64,000 nucleotides of DNA from NCBI GenBank assembly GCA_963755915.1, contig CAVWLP010000002.1, forward strand, positions 224,001-288,000, written 5' to 3'. The notes under the pieces are model-generated. The model was not told where the DNA came from. It worked only from the letters and a program-made list of their open reading frames with translations, and did not search any database. Shown piece after piece: positions 22,886 to 32,300 of the stretch (position 1 is the stretch's first letter; every line of letters begins with the position of its first letter). Made by a program: the position numbers and the translations under genes. Source of the stretch: an uncultured Phycisphaerales bacterium. Its GTDB lineage: Bacteria > Planctomycetota > Phycisphaerae > Tepidisphaerales > Tepidisphaeraceae.

Positions 22886-23295
22886 TCAGATCGCGATTCG
22901 TTCGATTTCATCGAGTGAAAGCGAGTCACCAGTCCGGTCGTATAATTTGGTAGTCCGCGACGATTCATGGGCTGCGATTGCCTGAGCATTTTCAATTGTT
23001 CCGCCATTATCCATGTGTGCTGGTATTCCAGTGGCCCGGAAGGTGTGACACCAGATTCGATCCATGCCGATACCACACGCCAAAGCTCGCCCCTTTATCA
23101 TACACAAGACATCCGTTCGCGATATCGCCTTCGAGCTAATTGCCTTTGCCTTGCCGATAGCCGACCGAAAGAGCGGTGTTTTTTTTCACATGCAATTTGG
23201 GCCGAGGTAATACAGGCTTCCAAATATTCCGCCGCATTGTGATGAGCCGGTACTTCATGGAATTTGCCACCTTTTTCATGCAAACGAATCCATGA
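22886..23295 (-). pseudogene. tyrosine recombinase/integrase remnant
   Basis: WIRLHEKGGKFHEVPAHH, CHTFRATGI (H-x-x-R), AAHESSRTTKLYDR; frameshifted, N-terminus missing. Confidence 0.85.
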
Positions 23296-23439
23296 GCGTT
23301 TGCAGAACGGATTGCAGCGCGCTGCAAAAAGCGATGCAATTTCATCCAGCGAGTACGCGCAGTTGGCGCAGGTGGAAAGCAAAGAACCGCATTTTCCCGC
23401 AGAAAATGCGGTTAACGCGGTTCCTCAGGGATCTTCATT

Positions 23440-23521
23440 TGCCCAGGACAGGATTTGAACCTGCACGGGTTGCCCCGCTACCACCTCAAAGTAGTGCGTC
23501 TGCCAATTTCGCCACCTGGGC
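23440..23521 (-). tRNA. tRNA-Leu (anticodon GAG)
   Basis: rc GCCCAGGTGGCGAAATTGGCAGACGCACTACTTTGAGGTGGTAGCGGGGCAACCCGTGCAGGTTCAAATCCTGTCCTGGGCA: cloverleaf, long variable arm, GGTTCAAATCC T-arm; CCA not encoded. Confidence 0.96.
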
Positions 23522-23825
23522 GTGGTTTGAGTCAGTATATGCGCCGCCCTCCGGGTGTCGAGTCGCGGGCGCCCCGCAACCCTCCCCCGCCATCCCGCCC
23601 ATTTTCACATAAGTTAGCACACACTAATAACAATCTCGAAAGTGTCAGATTCTGTCAGATCGCACTTATAAAACGCCCCCGCACCCCCCCCTGCAACCCC
23701 TTGTTCCGGCCCCCTTATTCCGGTCTAAATAGCCGTCCGCAATTCGGATACATTCCTCCCCCCGGTTTAGCGGCCCCGCTTGCGGGGCGTCCTTTGTACA
23801 ATGTCCTCCAATCACGGACCCTTAT

Positions 23826-26031
23826 TTAGCCCCGCGCGATCAACTGCCGCTCGTAGAGCTGGGCATATATCGGGCAACTGGCCAGCAGCTCGTCGTGTTT
23901 GCCCTGGCCGACGATTTTGCCCCGGTCCATCACCACGATGCTGTCGGCGGAGATGATGGTGCTAAAGCGGTGGGCGATGACGAACGTCGTGCGCTCGTGG
24001 ATGAGGCTTTCGATGGCCTGGTGGATGAAGTGCTCGCTCTCGGCGTCGACCTGGCTGGTGGCTTCGTCGAGAATCAGAATAGGGGCCTGGTTGAAAATGG
24101 CGCGGGCGATGCAGAGGCGCTGTTTCTGGCCGCCGGAGAGCTGGCTGCCGAGGCCTTCGAGCGGGAAGTCGTAGCCGCCCGGTTTTTCGAGGATGAATTC
24201 GTGGGCGAAGGCGCGGCGGGCGGCCTGCTCGATGCGGCTCCAAATCTCGCGGCGCTCGGGCGTGTCGGGAGAATTGGGGTTGGCGAGGGGCTCGCCGTAG
24301 GCGATGTTCTCGGCAATGGTGCCGGGGAAGATGTGGCTGTCCTGGGTCACGAGGCTGATCTGGCGGCGCAGGCTGGTAAGAGAGGCGATGCGAACGTCGA
24401 CGCCGTCGATGAGAATCCGGCCGGCGCGGATCGAAGAAACGCTCGAGCAGGGCGAGCAGGGTTGTCTTGCCGCTGCCGTTACGGCCGACAACGGCGATCG
24501 ACTGCCCCTTGCGCACGTGCAGGTTCAGGCCGTTGACGGCAGGGGCGGAAGCGTTGGGGTAGGTGAATTCAAGATTCTGGAACTCGATCGAATTGGCAAG
24601 CGTGGGGAGGGCCTTGGGATTCACTTCGGGTCCGAAGACGGCGCGGGCGGTGATCAGGCCCTGCTCACGCTCGGGGAGAATGTCGAGGGTTTCAAAGATA
24701 CGCGTGGCGGCGGCTTCGGATTTTTGAAGGGCGTTATTCACCTTGCTCGCCCGGCGAAGTGATTCGGCAATCACCGCCAGGGAAATCATCACCAGGATGA
24801 AGTCGGTCGCGGGCAGGGTTTTGGAGACGGTAATGAGGTACGTGCCGACGAGCACCACGAGGCCGGCCATCAGCAGGATCAGCGTTTCCATGACGGGGGA
24901 GCTGAAGGCGTCGATCCGGCTCATGCGGATCTGCTCCGCGTTGAGAGCGCGAAGGATATTGCCGTGGCGGTGGCGCTCGAACTTTTCGGCGTTGAAGCCC
25001 TTCACGACGCGAATGCCGACGAGCGTTCCTTCAATCTGGCCAAGAAGAACGGAGGAGGATCGCAGCGCCGCCCGGCTGGCGCGGCGCATTTTCTTGCCGA
25101 ACTTTTTCATCGCCAGGCCCATCAGCGGCGCGAGGATGACGATGAAAACGGTGAGCTTCAGGCTGATGCTGAGGGCGAAGATGAATGCCATGAGCGCCTT
25201 GATGGGCTCCTGGATGCTTTGGCCGAGGACGGTTTTGAAGCCGTCCTGGAGGGTGTCGACATCGGTGATGAGCCGGCTAGTGACATCGCTGGCGCCCTGC
25301 GTGCCGAGGGACGAAAGGGGAATGCGCAGAACGCGGTCGTAGAGGCGTTCGCGGATATCTCGCGCGGCGAGAATGGCGGATTTATCGGAGAGATGTTCCT
25401 GGAAATACCGCGCGACGTTGCCCATCAACGAGATACAGGCCAGCAGGCCGAAGATGGATGCGACCGCGGCGACGGGATTGATCGGCAGAATCTGAACCGC
25501 CTGTAAGAGGATCGGGTCGTACCAGCGGAGAGGCGCGAGGGCGACGGAGCCGTGCCAGTTTCGCGGGGAGATCGTCAGATCGGTTTGGGGGCCGGGCGCC
25601 CAGGCGATGCGGCGCAAGATTTCGCCGGCGTGAAACGTGGGGTTATCCCCTTTGGCCAAGAACGGGCTCGGAGGACAATTTGGCGGAAGGGCGGCGTCGG
25701 AAATAATCTCACCGACCTGCATGCCGGCATTTTTCGCGGTCCCGTTGTTTACCTGGAGAACCTGAACACTCTGGATTTGCGTGGGATCGGAGGCGAAGGT
25801 AACGCTGAGGCGCTGGGCGGCCAGTTTGCGATAGACCAGGGCCTGCATGGTGTCGCCGCTGAGCATAACCCTCATGATGGGGATCATCGTGGTCAGTCCG
25901 CCGGTCATGGCGAAGCCGACGAAAATGGCGGCGACGACGGAAACCCCGATATTGCGGCGGTAGGGCCAGAGATACCGGCAGGCGCGCCAGAAATTGCGGA
26001 TTTTCTTATGTTTGCGGGGGCGGTCACTCAT
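23826..26031 (-). CDS. MsbA-like ABC exporter, fused TMD-NBD (frameshift near 24430)
   Basis: Six-TM domain, GRNGSGKTT, LSGGQKQR, LILDEATS, IAHR. Confidence 0.92.
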
Positions 26032-26101
26032 AGAGGTTTATTCCAACATCGGTGAAACAGGAAAGGATAGGAGAGAAATGGGGGGGAGGGCAATGGGAAG
26101 A

Positions 26102-26210
26102 GATTGCCGATTGCCGAATGCCAAACGCCGAATGAAAAGACAAAGGCGCGATTCAAATGCGGATTTGCCTCGCATTTCTATTCGGCATTTGGCAATCGGC
26201 ATTCGGCATT
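26102..26210. repeat. inverted arrays of 7-mer tandem repeats
   Basis: attgccg attgccg aatgcca aacgccg aatg ... attcggc atttggc aatcggc attcggc attt. Confidence 0.7.
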
Positions 26211-26214
26211 TGCG

Positions 26215-26574
26215 TTACTTCCTGACCCATTTAGCGAGCAACTCTGGCCGGCTGTTGACGCCGAAGCGCTTATAGATCGACTTCACGTAGACATGCACGG
26301 TGTGGCGGCTGATTTCCAGTTGGGCGGCGATTTGCTTTTCGGCGTTGCCGGCGAGGAGAAGTTCCAGGGTCTGCCGCTGGCGGCGGGAGAGGGGGCTGTT
26401 GCCAACGGTGGGCGATTTGCCTTCCAAAATCTGCTCACCCAAAAGCGAGCAGAACATGGCGACAAGTCGCCGCTTGCGGCTCACGCCATCGCCTATTGAG
26501 GGTATGCCCAGCGTGCTCGAGGCGCGGACCAGCGCGGAGACATCGCCCAGGCGTGCGTCACTCGATTTTGGCAT
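26215..26574 (-). CDS. LuxR-type HTH regulator (short, no receiver domain)
   Basis: LSRRQRQTLELLLAGNAEKQIAAQLEISRHTVHVYVKSIYKRFGVNSRPEL. Confidence 0.85.
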   Translation of the reverse strand: MPKSSDARLGDVSALVRASSTLGIPSIGDGVSRKRRLVAMFCSLLGEQILEGKSPTVGNSPLSRRQRQTLELLLAGNAEKQIAAQLEISRHTVHVYVKSIYKRFGVNSRPELLAKWVRK

Positions 26575-26691
26575 GACATTACCGCAATAGGGGAATTGAG
26601 CGGCCGGTCCACAATTTCGTATCAGTATACCTTCCCGCGGGCGGCCCGAACAGTCATCTAAGGGCTACACGCCGCGGGGAAGGAGCATTTT

Positions 26692-26958
26692 ATGCGAAGG
26701 ATCAAGCCGGCCGACGAGGGCTGGGTGGACGTTTTTGAGTCGGACTATTTCAGGGGCCGGATGCGCCGGCTCTTTGGGCCGTTGGATTTGAATCAGCTTC
26801 AGGCCGGGAGCGTGATCGTGGGGCCGAGGACCACGCTGGAGCTTTCGGTACGCCGGCGAGGCAAACAATCTGTGGTGATGATCCAGCCGAAAAAGCCGGT
26901 CCTGGCGAAATCGGTGGTTGGGGAGGTGACGGGGGCGAGGGTGAGGTACATCAAATGA
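26692..26958 (+). CDS. small hypothetical protein, possibly beta/gamma-crystallin-like
   Basis: AAGGAG RBS; WVDVFESDYFRG...GP...SVIVGP pattern. Confidence 0.5.
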   Translation: MRRIKPADEGWVDVFESDYFRGRMRRLFGPLDLNQLQAGSVIVGPRTTLELSVRRRGKQSVVMIQPKKPVLAKSVVGEVTGARVRYIK

Positions 26959-27007
26959 TTGCGCCCGCGTGTCACCAGAAAATTGTTGCCGGATTGGCAG
27001 TGATTTT

Positions 27008-27137
27008 CCCCTCTCCCGGTACGCCGGGAGAGGGTTAGGGTGAGGGCCGACAAGAACGGAGAATGGAAGTGATCGCCGCGCTTGGCGTTGATTCAGGCCC
27101 TCACCCCTGCCCTCTCCCAGAGTACTGGGAGAGGGGG
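27008..27137. repeat. inverted pair of CCCTCTCCC-GGTAC-GGGAGAGGG-N-AGGGTGAGGG REP-like elements
   Basis: 27008-27048 and its near reverse complement 27096-27137, between convergent genes. Confidence 0.8.
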
Positions 27138-27146
27138 AGTTGGGAT

Positions 27147-28108
27147 CTACAGAGTCGGTGCGGGGAATTGCGGCTTTTGCCCGCTCAGTACCGCGATGAT
27201 ATCCCGAACGACCCAGCTCATGTTTTCCATCGCAGACGTCGTTCTTGCAGCCAGGTGAGGCGTGAGTAAAACATTCGGAAATCCCAGCAGCGGGAAATCC
27301 GCGGACGGGGGTTCGGGGTGAAAGACATCGAGCGCGGCGGCGAAAACCCGCTTCTCTTTTATCGCGGCGGCGAGCGCGTGGGCGTCTAAAACTTCTCCCC
27401 GGCTCGTGTTGATGACCACCGACGTGGGCTTCAGCATAGCCAGTTGGGAAGCTCCGACAAGATTTTCATTGCCGGGGCGCATGTCGACGTGGATCGTGAG
27501 GATGTCCGCCTCGCGGTAGAGCGTGGGTTTATCGACAGCAGTGGCCGGGAAATCGAGGCTGGGGATTTCCAGCAGGTCGTTGAAGATCACGCGCATGCCA
27601 AACCCGTTAGCGGCGATGTGGCCCATGCGGCGCCCGACGCGGCCCATTCCTAGGATGCCGATCGTCAGCTCGTTGAGCTGGCGGCCGCGGACGGTGTCGC
27701 GGATGTGCTTGAATTCCTTCGTGGAATAAACCTTGTCGCGGAAGAATTCCCAGGGGCGGAGAAGCTGGAGGAGATATCCGAAAACGAAATCGCCGACGGC
27801 GAGGGTGTTGGCATCGGGGGTGTAAACGACCTCGATGCCCCGCCGTCGACATTCGGCTACGTCGATATTTTCCAGCCCAACGCCGCCCCGGCCGACAACT
27901 TTCAGCCGGGGGGCGCGATCCAGAAGCGCGGCGTTCACTTTCGTGTAAGTCCGCACGACCAGCCCCTGGGCCTGTGAGATCGTGGGAAGAAATTTCGCAT
28001 CGCCGGATGAGATTTCCTCAACGCGCGCCGCTCTTTCAACCAGGCCAGGGGGCGGGGGTCGGAGCCTTCGGCGACAATTACAAGCGGAAGCGAACTGGAG
28101 TTGGCCAT
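27147..28108 (-). CDS. D-2-hydroxyacid dehydrogenase (SerA-like; frameshift near 28040)
   Basis: GRGGVGLENID, GILGMGRVG, INTSRG, ALDVF..EP, LTPHLA. Confidence 0.88.
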
Positions 28109-28125
28109 TATTGAAGTGTAGGCGA

Positions 28126-28353
28126 TCAAACCCGCGTCTTAAATCCCATCGCGCACACTGCACACCATCCCGCCCGCGCTTCAAACAGACAAAAACCGCC
28201 CGCGGCGGCCAGCACGGCGGCAATGATCCAGAATATGAAAAATGGCCGCACCAGGGTCACGATCCCCACAAGGATTGCGGCCAAAAGCAATAAGAGTCCG
28301 ATGATGAGCCGGACTTTCTTGCCCCGTGCGTCGATGTTACATGCAAAAATCAT
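28126..28353 (-). CDS. small membrane protein (CNID...GWC type)
   Basis: CNIDARGKKVR, two TM helices, FEARAGWCA. Confidence 0.65.
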   Translation of the reverse strand: MIFACNIDARGKKVRLIIGLLLLLAAILVGIVTLVRPFFIFWIIAAVLAAAGGFCLFEARAGWCAVCAMGFKTRV

Positions 28354-28475
28354 CTTCAGATCGGCCGATATTATAGGACGAAGCTGATTTACTGTTATAA
28401 TTCTGGTGCCAACGGAATGACGACGATGAATAAGTGCCGGAAAATCTGACAAGTGGAAATGCAACGGGTGAAGCG

Positions 28476-29570
28476 ATGCAATATGGCGTAATCATGGCGG
28501 GAGGCTCAGGGACGCGGCTTTGGCCGATGTCCCGCTCGAACCGGCCAAAGCAGATTCTGCCGCTGGTGAACGGGCAGAGTTTATTGCAGTTGAGCTATCA
28601 GCGGCTGCGGGGCATGTTTCCACCGGAGCGGATTTTTGTCTGCACGGCCGCCGCCCATGCCGAGGCGGTCTTGCAGAATCTTCCCGAGATGCCCAAGGAC
28701 AATTTGCTGGGCGAGCCGATGGGCCGCGACACCGCTAACGCCGTCGGTTTCACCGCCGCGGTGCTTCAGCGCCGCGATCCCGAAGCAGTGTGCGCGGTGG
28801 TGACGGCCGATCACGTCATCGAACCGGTTTCGCAGTTCCAGCAGAGCCTCAGCTCCGCTTTCAGCGTCATCACCGATCGCCCGCGCTCGCTGGTCACTTT
28901 CGGCATTGTCCCCACCTACGGACACACCGGCCTGGGATACATCCACCGCGGCGAATCGCTCGGCGTCGAAGGCGCCTATCAAGTCCTGGGCTTCTACGAG
29001 AAACCCGACAAGGCGCTGGCCGACCGGTTCGTCGAATCGGGCAGATACTACTGGAACAGCGGCATGTTCGTCTGGCGATGCGATACGGTCCTCAACGAGT
29101 TGGCGATTCATCTACCGGGCTCGCACAAAGGGCTGACACAAATCGCTCAGGCGTGGGGAACGCCACAGCAGGCGACCGTTTTGCGCGATGTCTATCCGCG
29201 CCTGCCCAAGATCAGCATCGACTACGGCGTGATGGAGCCCGCCAGCCAGCAGAAGGGAAACGCCTCGGTCGTCGTCGTCGAAATGCCGGTCGAATGGACG
29301 GACGTGGGCTCCTGGCCGGCGCTGGCAGAGATCCTCTCCGTCGATGAGCACAACAACGCGGTGCAGTGCAAGACCGGATATTTTCTGGACTCGGACGACA
29401 ACGTGATTTTCTCCCAGGACGAAAACCACCTGATCTCGACCATCGGCGTAAGCGACATGATCGTCGTCCACGCCCCGGATGCGACCCTCATCTGCCCCAA
29501 GGACCAGGCCCAGCGCGTCAAAGAGCTGGTGGCGAAAGTCAAAGACAAATTCGGGGATAAGTTCCAATAA
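28476..29570 (+). CDS. manC: mannose-1-phosphate guanylyltransferase
   Basis: MAGGSGTRLWPMSR..PKQ, EP.GRDTA, ADH, YYWNSGMF, ISIDYGVME, WTDVGSW. Confidence 0.93.
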   Translation: MQYGVIMAGGSGTRLWPMSRSNRPKQILPLVNGQSLLQLSYQRLRGMFPPERIFVCTAAAHAEAVLQNLPEMPKDNLLGEPMGRDTANAVGFTAAVLQRRDPEAVCAVVTADHVIEPVSQFQQSLSSAFSVITDRPRSLVTFGIVPTYGHTGLGYIHRGESLGVEGAYQVLGFYEKPDKALADRFVESGRYYWNSGMFVWRCDTVLNELAIHLPGSHKGLTQIAQAWGTPQQATVLRDVYPRLPKISIDYGVMEPASQQKGNASVVVVEMPVEWTDVGSWPALAEILSVDEHNNAVQCKTGYFLDSDDNVIFSQDENHLISTIGVSDMIVVHAPDATLICPKDQAQRVKELVAKVKDKFGDKFQ

Positions 29571-29583
29571 TTTATCAACCTTT

Positions 29584-29614
29584 CTTTCTTGGCGCTCTTG
29601 GCGTCTTGGCGGTT
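29584..29614. repeat. CTTGGCG tandem short repeat
   Basis: ctttcttggcgctcttggcgtcttggcggtt in the manC-ruvX spacer. Confidence 0.55.
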
Positions 29615-29626
29615 AAACGATTTTGA

Positions 29627-30073
29627 ATGCGGACGCTGGGAATTGATCATGGCCAGAAGCGGATCGGTTTGGCGCTCAGCGATGCCGGCGGAAAACTGGC
29701 CACGCCGCTGGAAGTTCTGGAAGTCACATCGGAAGACGCCGCAATTGGGGCAATCCTCGAACTGATCGAAAAAGAAGACGTCCGGCGGATCGTCGTCGGA
29801 TTGCCGCTCAACATGGACGACACTTTCGGCCCGGGGGTGAAAAAAGCCGTGCAATTCGGACGGGAGTTGGCGGGCCGATCCCGACGGGAAGTCATATACG
29901 TCGACGAACGCCTCTCCACTTTCGACGCCGAGCAAACCCTGAATTCGCGCAAGCGTGGCGGCGAAAAAATCACCCGCAAAGGCCGGAAGCGCCAGCTCGA
30001 CGCCATCGCCGCCGCCCGTTTTCTTCAGGAATATCTCGACGGAAAACTCCCGCCGATCAATCCGCCGGCTTGA
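29627..30073 (+). CDS. ruvX: RuvX/YqgF family nuclease
   Basis: LGIDHGQKRIGLALSD, VVGLPLNMD, DERLST, DAIAA..FLQ.YL. Confidence 0.93.
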   Translation: MRTLGIDHGQKRIGLALSDAGGKLATPLEVLEVTSEDAAIGAILELIEKEDVRRIVVGLPLNMDDTFGPGVKKAVQFGRELAGRSRREVIYVDERLSTFDAEQTLNSRKRGGEKITRKGRKRQLDAIAAARFLQEYLDGKLPPINPPA

Positions 30074-30958
30074 GCGAATGCTGCCACCCCGCGGCTCCAG
30101 CGGCTTCAGTTCGCCATTGGCATCGCGCAATACAATTCCCGGATCGGGCGTAATCTGTCCAATCCGAATCGTCCCTTCGATCTCTGCCGCGGCCGACGTG
30201 AACAGCAGCTCATAATCCTCCCCATCATCCAGCGCATGATCGATCGCGGCGATTTTGTCTCGCTTCGAAAGCTCTTGTGCATCGGCATGGATCGGAACCA
30301 GCGCAGATTCCACGACCGCTCCCACAGCGCTCGCCCGGCAAATGTGCGCCAGATCGCGCGAAAGCCCGTCGCTGAGATCGATCATCGCGCTCGCTTGCGG
30401 CGCCAGTTTCCGCCCCAGCGCAACCCGCGGCTCGAACGTCAGATGCCTGCCATGAATGCTCCCGCCCAGCGGCCCCGTGACAAAAATATGATCCCCCGGC
30501 TTCGCGCCGCTGCGCGTCACGGGCTTCTGCCCCGCCGAGCGCCCGAGGATCGTCACGCTCACCACCAGCTTCCCGTCCCACGTCGCGGTATCTCCGCCCA
30601 CGACCGGGCATTCAAACGCATCCCCCGCTTCGCGAAGCCCGCGATAGAGCTGCTTGGCCCGATCGATTGAAAAATCCCTAGGCAGCGCAACCGCCGCCAG
30701 CGCCGCCACCGGCAGACATCCCATGGCCGCGCAATCCGACAAATTCCGGTTCATCGCCTTGCGACCGATTTGATGCGGTGTATGCGTCGCGGCATTGAAA
30801 TGAACGCCGTCAATGACCTGATCTACGCCAACCAAAAGCAGATCCCCGGTCGGCCATTTCAGCGCCGCCAGATCGTCCCCAATGCCGATTTCCACCATGT
30901 GTGAGGAGGCCCGCTGGGCAGCCCGAATCCAGTCAATCAGGTCGAATTCACCCGCCAT
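30057..30958 (-). CDS. thiL: thiamine-monophosphate kinase (3' frameshift near 30088 makes the track ORF run on to 29222)
   Basis: EFDLI, GIGDDLA, NLSDCAAMG, GGDT, IDLSDGL, GEDYELLFT; the alternate frame ends ...GWQHSLKPAD*. Confidence 0.92.
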
Positions 30959-31229
30959 TTTTTATATCTCTAAATTATAAAACTACTTACATCACAAAAT
31001 TTACCGCCGGAAAATCATTGCATTCCGCAAACAATCTTGGCAATTCGCCTACAACTCGATTAAAGTATATGCAGACAACCGCAATCCACAGGACTTTAAG
31101 GATTAGATGAAAATTAATAACGACGGTAGAGACACCTGTCGATGAGTAGTTATCTGACCGGCTCGCAGCAAAAAAACAAATCGTGTCCGGATTCTGGGAA
31201 TGGTTATCGGAACTTTAAGGGACTGTGAC

Positions 31230-32291
31230 ATGGAAAACGAAGAGTCCAACCTATCGAGCCGCAGACCGAATGCTTCGGGGATGAGCTACAAGTTTCAGCG
31301 CTTGCGGGAACGAATCCGCCAGGCCGTCAGCAGCGGCGAACTCGCCGGCAAGCTGCCCGGCGAGCGGGAGTTGGCGCGGCGATTTCGCGTTAACGCAAAA
31401 ACACTCAGCAAGGCCCTCACCGATCTCGCCGCCGAGGGGCTGCTTCACCGCTCCATCGGCCGCGGCACGTTTGTGCGCGGCGCCGAGAATGAACACCCGG
31501 CCCCGGCGCGCCCCTGGCTTCTTCTGCTCGACGCCGATGCCGACCCGGCACTCGTCGAAAATCTCAAGGCCATTGCCCCGGCCGCCGAAACCTGCGCCGA
31601 TGTCGCCTCGATCCGCCCCAGTTTCCTGAATCACTTTTCCGCCGTCATCGATCTGGCGGCCGCCACGCCCGAGGCGTTCATCCGCAACCTTCTCGTTCGC
31701 GGCATTCCCGTGGTCGCCGTCGGCCAGGAATTGCGCACGTATTCCGTCAACGGCGTGATGCTCGACGCCCCCCTGGCCGTCTCGCGACTCGCTCGCGAAA
31801 TGATCCTCGGCGGTCATCGCCATTTCCTGGCCATCGAGCAGCGGACGCGAATCACCGTCGCCGAAAGCATCCGCCGAACCGCGGAAAGATATTGCCAGGA
31901 CTTCTGCGTCGACGCCTGCACGCCCGCCGACGTCGCCCAGGCGGTCGAATTCGGCGCAACCGCCTGCATTTGCGATTCCGTGCAGTTGGCGCGAAAAACG
32001 CTGGAAACGCTTCACAAGGCGGGAGTTGAGATTCCGCAGCGCGTCTCCATCGCCGCGTTAGGATGGACCGGCGGTGAAATTCCCTGCACGGGATGCTACG
32101 TCGAGCCGCGGCAGCAGGCCGCCGCCGTTGCCGAAATCCTCGCCAATGGCCAGCCCGGCCGCCCGACCACGCTCTGGCTGACCGGAAACGTAATCGACCG
32201 CGGCACGTCGGCGGGAATCCCCTCGCAAATCCCCCAGGCTGCCGCACAGGCCGCGCTGGCGGCGCAGGCTTCGGTTGGAATTACGCAGTAA
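31230..32291 (+). CDS. GntR-type HTH regulator with LacI-like effector domain
   Basis: LPGERELARRFRVNAKTLSKAL..L..EG...RSIGRGTFV; IPQRVSI. Confidence 0.85.
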   Translation: MENEESNLSSRRPNASGMSYKFQRLRERIRQAVSSGELAGKLPGERELARRFRVNAKTLSKALTDLAAEGLLHRSIGRGTFVRGAENEHPAPARPWLLLLDADADPALVENLKAIAPAAETCADVASIRPSFLNHFSAVIDLAAATPEAFIRNLLVRGIPVVAVGQELRTYSVNGVMLDAPLAVSRLAREMILGGHRHFLAIEQRTRITVAESIRRTAERYCQDFCVDACTPADVAQAVEFGATACICDSVQLARKTLETLHKAGVEIPQRVSIAALGWTGGEIPCTGCYVEPRQQAAAVAEILANGQPGRPTTLWLTGNVIDRGTSAGIPSQIPQAAAQAALAAQASVGITQ

Positions 32292-32300
32292 GCGAAATCG

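Noticed and set aside
29222-30958. 578-aa ThiL fusion protein
   Set aside because: The extension is the antisense of ruvX and manC, caused by a frameshift near 30088.
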